Origin: Phyllobates terribilis
Taxonomy: Eukaryota
Length of the DNA stretch: 64,000 bases
Direction of reading: 5' to 3'
NCBI RefSeq assembly: GCF_046119375.1
Contig: NW_027362772.1
Coordinates: 160,580,001-160,644,000 of the forward strand
How positions within the stretch are numbered: the stretch's first letter is position 1; every line of letters starts with the position of its first letter. Shown piece after piece: positions 1 to 11,370 of the stretch. The notes under the pieces were generated by a model that saw only the letters and a program-made list of their open reading frames with translations, searched no databases and was not told where the DNA came from. Position numbers and translations under genes: made by a program.

Positions 1-384
1 CCCACATACACTCACTATATACAGTGTGAGTCCCACCATAGCCTGCTATATACAGTGTGTGCCCCACATAGTCTCTGATATACAGCATGTGGCCCACATA
101 GCCTCACTATATACAGCGTGAGCTGCCACACAGCCTCCCATGTACGTTGTGAGCCCCACATAGCGTCTTATATAGAGTGTGTGCATCACATAACCTCTGA
201 AATATAGCATCCCCACATAGCCTCCTATGTACAGCGTGAGCCCTACATAGCTTCCTATGTACAGCGTGAGCCCCACATAGCCTCCTATATACAGCATGAG
301 CCCCACATAGCCTAATATATACAGTGTGAGCCCTCACATAGCCTCCATATATACAGTGTGAGCCCCACATAGCTTCCATATATA

Positions 385-1187
385 CAGTGGGTATGGAAAG
401 TATTCAGACCCCTTTAAATGTTTCACTCTTTGTTTCGTTGCAGCCACGAGCATGCTTGATCATCACTAATTGCAGCCATTTGGTAAATTCTAAAAAGTTC
501 ACGGAACTGGAGAGGATCTGCAAGGAAGAATGGCAGAGGATCCCCAAATCCAGGTGTGAAATACTTGTTGCATCATTCCCAAGAAGACTCATGGTTGTAC
601 TAGCTCAAAAGGAGGCTTCTACTCAATACTAAGTGAAGGGTCTGAATACTTAAGACCATGTGATATTTCAATTTTTCTTTTTTAATAAATTTACAAAAAT
701 TTCTACTTTTTTTTTTCAGTCAAGATGGGGTGAAAGTGTACTTTAATGAGAAAAAAAATGAACTTTTTAGAGTTGGTAAAATGGCTGCAATTAGTGATGA
801 TCGAGCATGCTCGTTGCTCGAGATTTACGAGCATGCTCGTTGCTCGAGATTTACGAGCATGCTCGGGCAAGCACCTATTATCTTCAGCGTGCTCTGGCTT
901 TAAGTTTCGTTGCTCCGTGTACATGATTTGCGACTGTTTGACAGCTTTAATACATGTGAGAAATGCTGGAAAAACAGGCATTCCTTACATGTATTAAAGC
1001 TGTGATATAGTCGCAAATCATGTTCACGAAGCGACGAAAACTTAAAGCCAGAGCACGCTGAAGATAATAGGTGCTTGCCCGAGCATGCTCGTAAATCTCG
1101 AGCAACGAGCGTGCTCGATCATCACTAGCTCCAATGAAACAAAGAGCGAAAAATTTAAAGGGGTCTGAATACTTTCCGTACCCACTG
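385..1187 (+). mobile_element. Internally deleted Tc1-family transposon
   Basis: TIR CAGTGGGTA(T/C)GGAAAGTATTCAGACCCCTTTAAAT, TA target duplication at 383-384 and 1188-1189, C-terminal transposase remnant ELERICKEEWQRIPKSRC...ASTQY*. Confidence 0.88.
792..1127. mobile_element. MITE (TIR TAGTGATGATCGAGC) inserted in the Tc1 right TIR
   Basis: Inverted ends; 8-bp TSD GCTGCAAT/GCTCCAAT, hAT-like. Confidence 0.85.
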
Positions 1188-1870
1188 TAGCCTCCATATA
1201 TACAGTGTGAGCCTCACATAGCCTCCATATATACAGTGTGAGCTCCATCATAGCCTCCATAAATACAGTGTGAGCCTCACATAGCTGGGGAAGACAATAA
1301 GAATGGTTGACAGAATGCTCGATATGCCGGAAATTTATCTTAGGAGTAAGAGCACCTTAACAGGTAGACAAAGAATGCGATATAGAAAATCCCAATGTCA
1401 TGCCCTGCTTCTTCAGCCCCTATACTAGCCATAGCACATTGTTAGATTTGGCTGGAGCTTTCCTATAAAAAAAAGTCTTTAGATATTACCATCACTGAAT
1501 GAATTCTGGGGATCAACCTTTACTGATTCAAAGAATAAAAGGGCTGCAAAGCTCAAAACAGATCGCCTTTTTCCTCTGCACCGGAACGTTTCTGGCCACC
1601 TACTGCAGCGCGGTATCTTTTCGATGAAGGGGGCAGCTGCAGTCCCCAACAGAGCCGAGTAGCCACAGTGGGTAAAAGTGAAGAGGATGCAGATCTAAAA
1701 CAACACTGCAGCCTGTTTTGTCTTTGACTTGGTTGAGTTTGGTCCTCAGAGGTCATTAAGTGATGACAAATCCTCACGGAAAACCATCACTTGCTAAGAT
1801 CTATTCTAGTAAGATCTAAATTCTAATTCTTACATTCAGTCTGACATTTTATTTTGTGAGAGAAGCTTAC

Positions 1871-2123
1871 CGGTGTCATGCAGAAATCCTTTGGCAGTTA
1901 TAGACTCGGGTTTTTCTCCATTAAATACCATGGAGGCAAACTGGATACAGTAACAACCAATATCCAGAATTGCTCCTCCACCAAGTTCTTTTTCGACTGA
2001 CCGCGCCACAGCAAGCAAGTTTACACCGAATTCTGCCCGGACAACGTTCACTTCTCCAATAACTTTCTTATGAATCAGAGAACGGATCTCTTCATAGACT
2101 GGAAAAAAACGGCTCCAGAAAGC
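1871..2123 (-). CDS. DHDH: DHDH copy A exon 4
   Basis: gtacag|[16 protein letters not shown]...[15 protein letters not shown]...GFLHDT+G|GTAAGC. Confidence 0.93.
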
Positions 2124-5100
2124 CTGTACAACAACAAGAGCGGAAATACAATGCACAATTACCAGTGATGGAAGGGTTGTCTGGTTTTGAAAAAAACACA
2201 CACAGTAAGTAAGGCTCTGGCTGTCTACCAGGTCTTAGTGTACAAGCGGCCAGCCTGTGACATCTGCAGCCTATCATTGGCCTCTAGTCAAGGATTGGAC
2301 TACTGGCATCATGGTCCAAAAAGAAGATCGAGAATGGATAAACTAACCTCCATTAAGAAGACATTGTGTTTCCTTGCAGCTGAGATGATCTCCTTAACTT
2401 CTGTAAGATTCATGGCCATCGGTTTTTCACACAAGACATTTTTTCCTTGGTCAAAAAACAGAAGAACCAAGTCCCTATGAGCAGGATGGATGGCCCCAAC
2501 GTAGACGATATCTCAAGAAGGAAATGCAGATGAGAAATCAGGATGATCATCTTAGTATGTGAATTAAACATTATGGTACAATTACAAAATTATTGCAAAC
2601 AGCAAAATTTAAAAACTGCCATTTTCGATAAACCAATGAAGCAAGAACATTGTAAATATCCCAACACAACTCATGTAATAAGTGGTTTCTCAAACTTCAA
2701 CACAAAATGCCACCTTTACTGATTATTGCCGTCTCAGAATTATTCACCCAATACATGACAAGTTTCTGTCGTAGAGCATACCTGGCTGTTATAACCTGCT
2801 GCCGGTGTGATGTCTGACAACACACCGGCTTCTGGCAGCGTCCTTGAGGGATCGTAGTCCATTCTTTATGGGCAATGGCCTCCAGGCCAATAATATTCTT
2901 GGGAGTTGTCCAAAAAATCTAAAAGAAGAGATCATTGCCTTGTACAAGCAAGGATAAGGATCGGAAAAAGATACAAAGCTAGTGAATGTTCCTTTCAGAA
3001 GAAGTCATGGGAGATTCTGTAGTCTGACTTGAACCTCATATAAAATTTTTGGTGGAATTTCATGAAAGCGGTTGTAGCAAACCCAAGAATATTATATTGA
3101 CCCGGTAGCCATTGCTCAAGAGAAATGGGCTAAGATTCCTCAGGAACGTGGGCAGAAGCTGGTGTCTGGCTATGTTTCATGTTTGCAGCAGGTCATAACA
3201 GCCAGGGTGGCTCTACTAAGTTGTCATGAATGAGGTGAATAATTCTTTGTCAGATGTGGTGTGGTATACGGCCAGTTGATTGAAGGGAAAATTTGCACCT
3301 TTATTATCTGGGGGCATAACTTTGAAATAGAGAAACTGTTATGATCTGCAACATGTACTAAGGAAAGATAAGGGAACACTGTCCCTACAGTAAAACTAAG
3401 CTGAATCCCTATGATGTAGCGGGCTGCCTGTTCCTAGCGAACAGTCCCGCCTTTGTCCTTGGCTAGTGTGAACGAAGACCTAAAGCATAAGGGGAGGGGT
3501 CCCTAAAAGAACTAAGGACTGGGACAAAATTGGGACACCTCCTAAACAGAGAAGTTGTTGCAGAACACAAAAAGACAAACTGACAAAAAGGTACTAGAGG
3601 TAGCTCCAGGAACAAACTCAATGGCGCAATCATAATCCCTATGAGGAGGTAAAACTTGCGACTCCTCCTCCGAAAAAACCCTCCAAAAATCTTGAATAGG
3701 TACAGGTAATTCCCCTTTTTCCACAGCCGCAATGCGACCATTACAACATTTATCATAGCACTTTGGACTCCAAGACTTAGTCACATTAGTAGACCAGTCC
3801 AACAAAGGATTGTGCAGTTTTAACCAAGGCAAACCTAAAACGACCGGAGAGGGTAAATTATCTAATACAACCAAGTCCAAAATTTCTTGGTGAACTCCAT
3901 TGATAGTGAGGGGAAATTCAGCAACCTTGTGAGTAATACATTTCAAGGAAGTGTTATCAATTGCAATCACAGAAATAGGTGATGACAAAGGTTTGGATTT
4001 CAATTTAAGGTTTTCCAAAAACCCTTTATCAATCACATTAAGTGTTGAACCACAATCCACAAATACCTGAAATTCAATCAAATTCAATCAAATCTCCCTG
4101 CAGAGTAGTACTCCCAGAAAGAAATACTCCTGCAGAGCGTAAACAAGCTATACAGGCGTAACTAACCCTTTTTTTTTCTTTACTTATACAAAGCTCACAA
4201 TACTTAATGAAATGGTCAGCTTTATCACAATAAAGACACAATCCCTCGGCGAACCTCCGGTCTCTTTCCTGAGAGCGGAGTGACATCGCCCCAACCTCCA
4301 TCGGTTCTCCGCCGTCAGAGCAGATTTTCTGGGGACTAGGACCTGACATTACAGGAGTCTTTACCTCATTCACCCTGGACCTCAGTCTCCTATCCACACG
4401 AACAGCTAATTGCATGGCATCCTGCAGTCTCAGGTGCGGGGAATGCAATTAGGAGATCCTTAACCCTTTCACTCAGATCAGCAAGAAACATTTCAGCGCA
4501 GGATCATTCCATTTGACTTCTGAAGCCCATCTCCTGAAGTGTGTGCAATAATTTTCAACATCACCTGACCCCTGATTCAAACGCCTGAGTTCTGCCTCAG
4601 CAGATGAGATTCGATCAGGATCGTCATATAATAGCCCCATAGCAGAAAAAAATTGTTCTACAGACCTTAAACACGGATCATTAGGTTGGAGAGAAAAGGC
4701 CCACCCCTGTGGTTCATTGCGCAAAAGTGACATAACAAAACCAATGCGCTGTGATTCATTCCCAGAGGATCTTGGTCTCAAATGCAAATATAACAAACAA
4801 GCATTTTTAAAGGAAAAAAAATCTTGCTGTTTACCATAAAAAACATCAGGCAGTCCTACCTTGGGTTCCACAAAATGCGCTCCAGAACTGCTACTCACGT
4901 GTTGCTGTAGCTCGGCCACCTCCAGAGACAATCCCTGCAAGCGTTGAGCCAAATCCTGGACGGAAACCATACTGATCCCCGAATTTCTTTCCTTTTAGTT
5001 TTTTGGGCTGGACTTACTGTTATGATCTGCAACATGTACTAAGGAAAGATAGGGGAAAGCTGTCCCTACAGTAAGACTAAGCTGAATCCCTACGATGTAG

Positions 5101-8100
5101 CGAGCTGCCTGTTCCTAGCGAAGAGACCTGCCTTAGTCCTCGGCTAGTCTGAACAAAGACCTATAGCATAAGGGGAGGGGTCCCTAAAATAACTAAGGAC
5201 TGGGACAAAAATGGGACACCTCCTAAACAGAGAAGTTGTTGCAGAACACAAAAAGACAAACTGACAAAAAGGTACTAGAGGTCCCAGAAGGACCAAGCAA
5301 ACTGACAGAGAAAGGCACTGAAGCACCTGGCTAGAGAGACAGTCAAACACTGAAGTCCAGCACAGCCAAAATGGCGGAGCTGGAATATAAAGGCAGATGG
5401 TCACGTGACCGCAAAACACAAGATGGAAAAAACAAACAGGAGGGTTCTAACAGAAACATAGACCAAAAAAATTCTGCGTTTGAAAATAGCTTTAGGCTAT
5501 GTTCACACATCATGTTTTTTTTTGGCGTCACAAATCTGCTGCGAAACCTGATCTTCAAGGGCATTTTGTTCAGGATTTTTCTTTTTTTTGGTGCTTTTTT
5601 GATGCGTTTTTGATGCGTTTTTTTCACTGTCCTTCAGTCTCTTTTTATGCATGTACATAAATTTCTGTGAAAAAAAAAACCCCATCCTATTTTGGCATCA
5701 AAAACACTGATACAAATTTTGATGCTTTTTTTTTCACCACCCATTACTTCCTATGGGTGAAAAAACGCTGAAAGAAGTGACATGCTCTATTTTCCAAAAA
5801 AACATGAAAGGCACAAAGTCCTGAACAAAAAAAACCATGATGTGTGAACTAAGAATTCTGGAATCTCATAGACTTTGTTGGTACTGCAGCTGAAAATTTG
5901 CATTAAAATCTCCAGCAAAAAACGCTGAAAAAACCCAACATGTGTGAACATAGCCTAACAGTGCACAATGTACTGGTGTCAGAGATTTCACTACTTACCC
6001 ACATCTGGATCTTTGGCAAGTTCTTCATATGTACCATAAACTTTAGGAATGTTATGATTTTGGGCAAATCCCTTGGCACGTTCCAGGTCTCTGGCCGCCA
6101 CCGCTGCTACCTGAGAGGGTCACAGTAAAATCATCAACTATAAGGAATTATCATGGAAATAAGAACATCCCTTTTATCCCTGTTAAAAATAAAGGGGGAA
6201 AAAACATATTTGATATCACTGCATTCGTAAAAATTCTAAGTCTATAAAAATATGGAATTAATTAACTAGATTGTTAATCGCCGTAAAGAGAAAAAAAAAA
6301 TCAAAATGCCAGAATTGCTGTTTTTTTTTCACCTTCTTAAAAAAAGAATATAATATTAAATAAATCTAAGCATCATATATACACAAAATTGATATAAGTA
6401 AAATCAACGGCTCATCGCGCAAAAAAGAAGCCCTCACTCAGCCCCATCAACAGAAAAATAAAAATGTTACAAGGATANNNNNNNNNNNNNNNNNNNNNNN
6501 NNNNNNNNNNNNNNNNNNNNNNNNNNNNNNNNNNNNNNNNNNNNNNNNNNNNNNNNNNNNNNNNNNNNNNNNNNNNNNNNNNNNNNNNNNNNNNNNNNNN
6601 NNNNNNNNNNNNNNNNNNNNNNNNNNNNNNNNNNNNNNNNNNNNNNNNNNNNNNNNNNNNNNNNNNNGCTTGGAATTTTTTTTTCCCAAGTTTCAGCACA
6701 TTAGCGTATATAGTAAAATAAATTGTGCCATTGGAAAATACAACTCGTTCCAATAAATGAACAGGCCTTCACATGTTTATGGCTCTTGGAAGAAGGCTAG
6801 GAAATAACAAAAAATAAAAATTCCTTGGTCCTTAAAGGGTTAATCGTGTCATTAAAAACAAGATTACAAACTTCATTTTTAAATCTCAGATGCCAGTGAT
6901 TTTTTCCAGACGCAAAAAAAAACAAAACGGTACAAGTCTTTTCAGAATTTGGTCAGTGTCCGTTTTTACCATCAGTGATTGTCACAAATCACTAATATCA
7001 CTAATGGTACATTTTCCATCCATGTGCTGTCTAAGATTTTCATGGACTCATAGACTTGCATGGGTAATTTTGATCTGTGATGCTGGCAAAAAAAAAACTG
7101 TGGGTATTTGGAATTAATTGAATTGGGTAGTGCATTCCTGAGAAGTGGGGCAGCTCGCGAGAACTCTTGGAGACGGGAATAGGAGGTTTGGATTACTGGA
7201 GAATGTTAGCAGAATGGAGGGTACCGGTATGGTGATAGACAGAGATGAAGGAGGAGAAGTAGGGTGGTGCTGAACTGTGGAGCGCTTTGTGGGTGAGAGT
7301 GATACGTTTATATTGAACTCTGAATCGGATGAGTAACTAGTGTAATGACTGGCACAGGGTGGAGGCATCAGTGTAGTGGCTGGAAAGGAATATGATCCTG
7401 GCTGCTGCATTCAGGATGGATTGGAGAGGGGAGAGTTTAGTAAGAGGGAGACCGATTAGTAGAGAATTTACAATAGTCCAGATGAGAATGAATAAGAGCA
7501 ACAGAAAGAGTTTTCGCAGAGTCAAAGATAAGAAAACGTCGAATTCTAGAGATGTTTTTGAGGTGTAGGCGACATGAGCCGGCGAGTGATCAGATGTAGG
7601 GAGTAAATGAAAGATCTGAGTAAAATAAGACTCCAAGACAGTGGGCATAGTACTGGGGAGTAATGGTGGAACCACACACAGAAATGGCAATATTGGGAAC
7701 AGGTAGGTTAGTGGAGGGAGGAAACAAGAGGAGTTCAGATTTTGAGAGATTTAGTTTTAGATAGAGGGAAGACATAATGTTAAAGACAGCGCAACGAAAA
7801 TCACTGGTATTTTGTAGTAATGCATGGGTGATGTCAGGAGTAGAGGTGTATAATTGGGTGTCATCAGCATAGAGATGGTACTGAAAACCGAATCTGCTGA
7901 TGGTTTGTTCAGTAGGGATGGTGTATAGACAGGGCCGACGCCAGGTTTTCTTGGGCCCAGGGTGAAACAGTCTCAGTGGGCCCCTTTAACACATACCACG
8001 ATTCATGATGCACAGATACAGCAGAGAAATATAGTCCTCCATACAGTATAATGGGCCCCACATAGTCCTCCATGCCGTATTATGGGCACCACATAGTCCT

Positions 8101-10267
8101 CCCTACAGTATAATGGGCACCACATAGTCCGCCATACAGTATTATGGGCACCACATAGTCCTCCATTCAGTATTATGGGCACCACATATTCCTCCATACA
8201 GGATAATAGGCCCACATAGTCCTCCATACAGTAAAATGGGCCCCACATAATCCGCCATACAATATAATGGGCCCCACATAGTCCTCCTCCATACAGTATA
8301 CTGGGCCTCACATAGTCCTCCATACAGTATTATGGGCACCACATAGTCCTCCATACCGTATAATGGGCCCCACACAGTCCTCCAGACAGTATAATGGGCC
8401 CCACACAGTCCTCCGTACAGTATAATGGACCCACATAGTCCTCCATATAGTATTATGGGCCCCACATAGTTCTCCATACAGAATAATGGCCCCACATAGT
8501 CCTCCATAAAGTATAATAGGCCCACATAGTCCTCCATACAGTATTATGGGCACCACATAGTCCTCCATACAGTATTATGGGCACCACATAGTCCTCCATA
8601 CAGTATAATGGGCCCCACACAGTACTCCAGACAGTATAATGGGCCCCACACAGTCCTCCGTACAGTATTATGGGCACAACATAGTCCTCCATACAGTATA
8701 ATGGACACCACATAGTCCGCCAAACAGTATTATGGGCATCACATAGTCCTCCATTCAGTATTATGGGCACCACATATTCCTCCATACAGTATAATAGGCC
8801 CACATAGTCCTCCATACAGTAAAATGGGCCCCCCATAATCCGCCATACAATATAATGGGCCCCACATAGTCCTCCATACAGTATACTGGGCCTCACGTAG
8901 TCCTCCATACAGTATTATGGGCACCACATAGTCCTCCATACAGTATTATGGGCACCACATAGTCCTCCATACAGTATAATGGGCCCCACACAGTCCTCCA
9001 GACAGTATAATGGGCCCCACACAGTCCTCATACATTATAATGGATCCTCATAGTCCTCCATATAGTATAATGGGCCCCACATAGTTCTCCATACAGAATA
9101 ATAGGCCCACATAGTCATCCATACAGTATAATAGGCCCACATAGTCCTCCATACAGTATTATGGGCACCACATAGTCCTCCATACAGTATAATGGGCCCC
9201 ACACAGTCCTCCGTACAGTATAATGGACCCACATAGTCCTCCATATAGTATAATGGGCCCCACATAGTTCTCCATACAGAATAATGGCCCCACATAGTCC
9301 TCCATACAGTATAATAGGCCCACATAGTCCTCCATACAGTATAATGAGCCCCACATAGTCCGCCATACAGTATAATGGGCCCCACATAGTCCTCCATACA
9401 GTATAATGGGCCCCACATAGTCCTCCATACAGTATAATGGGCCCCACATAGTCCTCCATACAGTATAATGGGCCCCAAATAGTCCTCCATACAGTATAAT
9501 GGGCCCTATATAGAGCTCAATACAGAATGATGGGCCCCATATAATGCTCCATACAGAATAATGGGCCCTATATAACGCTCCATACAGAATAATGGGCCCC
9601 ATATAATGCTCCATACAGTATGGGCCCCATATAATGCTCCATACAGTATGGGCCCCATATTATGCTCCATACAGTAAGGGCCCTAAATAATGTAACATAA
9701 GAAAAAAAAAACTGATAAAACTCTGATGGTAAAAACTGAAAGACTGATGAAAATTTGTCCGTTTTTTTTTTACATGCAGGCGGAAAAAATGACTGACGTC
9801 TGAATGAGCCGGTGTTCTCTGCAGTCCGTTGCATTAGGTTAGGTTTCCATGATGAGTTTTGGTGTCGAGGATTTTCTGCATCCATTAAGTAAAATCGGTT
9901 ACTTGTATTTTTTCTAAAATACGCAGCGAAAAACAATGAATCAAAAGCTCATCGTGGGAACATAGCCTTAGGGCTCCAAAGCTTCATGGTATTCACATTC
10001 TATAAGCTCTGGATGTGTGACCTATAGATTTGGGTGAAGGGGCTGCAGCGGGGTCAAAGGTGGAAACATGAAGATCGTTCTGCGGGTCACAGCAAGAGAT
10101 GGCAGCTGTGCAAAGTTCACGTCAGCTCGGATGAGCTCGCGCCCCGTTACTTCTCGTACTCCCTGATCTGCACCCACCTGATGACCCTGAGCCGGCAGCG
10201 TCTGCAGAGCCACCACAAAATCATGACTTATTTTGCCGGCAGAGCAGATGCCCCATCTTGTGGCCAT
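1871..10267 (-). CDS. DHDH: Dimeric dihydrodiol dehydrogenase (Gfo/Idh/MocA family), tandem copy A; exons 1-4 only, exons 5-7 not in window
   Basis: Exons 10267-10178 (90 nt), 6110-5999 (112), 2511-2348 (164) and 2123-1871 (253) join in frame: [17 protein letters not shown]...AARDLERA...HPAH...CEKP...[11 protein letters not shown]. Exon sizes are identical to copy B. Confidence 0.93.
2348..2511 (-). CDS. DHDH: DHDH copy A exon 3
   Basis: (D)[54 protein letters not shown]|GTTAGT; acceptor is the rare GAG. Confidence 0.9.
2720..3250 (+). mobile_element. Degenerate, internally deleted Tc1 remnant
   Basis: GAATTATTCACC / GGTGAATAATTC inverted motifs, with decayed N-terminal ([10 protein letters not shown]) and C-terminal ([16 protein letters not shown]) transposase-like pieces; boundaries approximate. 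Confidence 0.55.
3337..5452 (-). mobile_element. Ty3/Gypsy LTR retrotransposon (Tf1/sushi-like), lacking RT-RH-IN, in DHDH-A intron 2
   Basis: Full LTR 5018-5452 (TGTTA...TAACA) and partial LTR 3337-3601; 5-bp TSD GAAAC. Gag 4970-4473 and 4448-4074 carries a [14 protein letters not shown] zinc knuckle. Protease motif FVDCGS; pol ends at [17 protein letters not shown]. Confidence 0.93.
5494..5956. mobile_element. T2/Kolobok-like MITE
   Basis: TIR AGGCTATGTTCACAC / GTGTGAACATAGCCT flanked by TTA and AA. Confidence 0.7.
5999..6110 (-). CDS. DHDH: DHDH copy A exon 2
   Basis: ctctcag|[37 protein letters not shown]+G|GTAAGT. Confidence 0.92.
6170..6843. mobile_element. Remnant of a TTAA-ended non-autonomous DNA transposon spanning an N gap (6478-6667)
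   Basis: Ends GGTCCTTAAAGGGTTAA; AT-rich body similar in style to 59142-59960; left end not resolved. Confidence 0.35.
7110..7925 (-). mobile_element. L2/CR1-type LINE ORF2 fragment, degenerate
   Basis: [16 protein letters not shown] (RT YADD), [29 protein letters not shown]...LCQSLH; frameshifted. Confidence 0.85.
7930..9675. repeat. MITE end (CAGGGCCGACGCCAGG) followed by a 1.65-kb ~30-31-bp minisatellite (CATAGTCCTCCATACAGTATAATGGGCCCCA)
   Basis: Tandem array at 8031-9675; right end of the shell not found. Confidence 0.85.
10178..10267 (-). CDS. DHDH: DHDH copy A exon 1
   Basis: [30 protein letters not shown], donor CAG|GTGGGT, phase 0. Confidence 0.93.
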
Positions 10268-10855
10268 CGTTGCCTCGCTGACTAAATCCGGGTTTTGTCA
10301 GAGTCAGGGAAAAAAGACATAGGTCAGCAAAGGGGAGTGACTCCCAGTCTGCAGCCAGGAAGCGATCCAGTGTGGACTGTGACGCGCGCTGTGTCACCCA
10401 GCCATCTGTGTGTTAAAGGGACTTTGTCCTTGATGCACCTGTACTTGCTTTGAACAGTCATTCTGTGCTGGCAGAGTCCCTTTAAGGGCCAGGGCTACAC
10501 TGTAGCGTTTTGTAGAGCTAGTGATTGATTCTACCTACTTAGTGGCAGCTGCAGTCCTGCAAACAACCCAAAGTAGGGTCACACGTAGAGGTCGGCACGT
10601 GCCCAAAGTGCGGATGAAGCTGCACCCCACCCTGTAAAGGTGTGACAGGGACTGTCATATACCCGACCCCGAAGACAACAGTAGTAAAGTGTGTATTGTG
10701 ACATGTGCTTTTATTGCATTTTTTATGAGTGATGTAAAAATTGCACAGAATGTTGTAGGTACTGATTTATGTGGTTCATGTAATGTACAATGTGTAGTGC
10801 ATAGGGAAAGTATAGAATTAGATTTAGGACATAAAGCTTAGGATAGGGCTTAGAG

Positions 10856-11370
10856 CAGAGATGTCAAACTCAAACACACAGACGGCCAAAATGAAAAATT
10901 TGGACAAAGTCGCGGACCAACCAGTATACAGTATAATGGGCCCATAAAGTCCTCCATACAGAATAATGGGCCCCACATAGTCCTCCATACAGAAGAATGG
11001 GCCCACATAGTCCTCCATACAGAAGAATAGGCCCACATAGTCCTCCATGCAGTATAATGGACCTTACATAGTGCTCCATACAGTATAATGGGCCCCACAT
11101 ATTCCTCCATTCAGAATAATGGGTTCCACATAGTCCACTATACAGAATAATAGGCCCCACATAGTCCTCCATACAGAATTATGGTCCCACATTGTCTTCC
11201 ATACAGAATAATGGGCCCCACATAGTGCTCCATACAGAGTAATGAGCCCCACGCAGTCCTCCATACAGAATAATGGGCCCCGCATAAGGGTGGTGGTTCT
11301 GGTGTCGCGGGCCAAATAAATGCATCCTGCAGGCCAGATTTGGCCCACGGGCTAGAGTTCATCATGTATG
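10856..11370. mobile_element. hAT-type MITE carrying the same minisatellite (about 10925-11281)
   Basis: TIR CAGAGATGTCAAACTC / degenerate GAGTTCATCATGTATG; 8-bp TSD GCTTAGAG/GCTTACAG. Confidence 0.8.

Larger units (their letters stand above)
1..1285. repeat. ~30-bp minisatellite (CCCACATAGCCTCCATATATACAGTGTGAG) at 1-384 and 1188-1285, split by a Tc1 remnant
   Basis: Tandem units are visible on both sides of the insertion. Confidence 0.9.

Noticed and set aside
8031-9675. CRISPR-like appearance of regular ~30-bp repeats
   Set aside because: Units are head-to-tail with no unique spacers, there are no cas genes, and the context is a spliced vertebrate locus.
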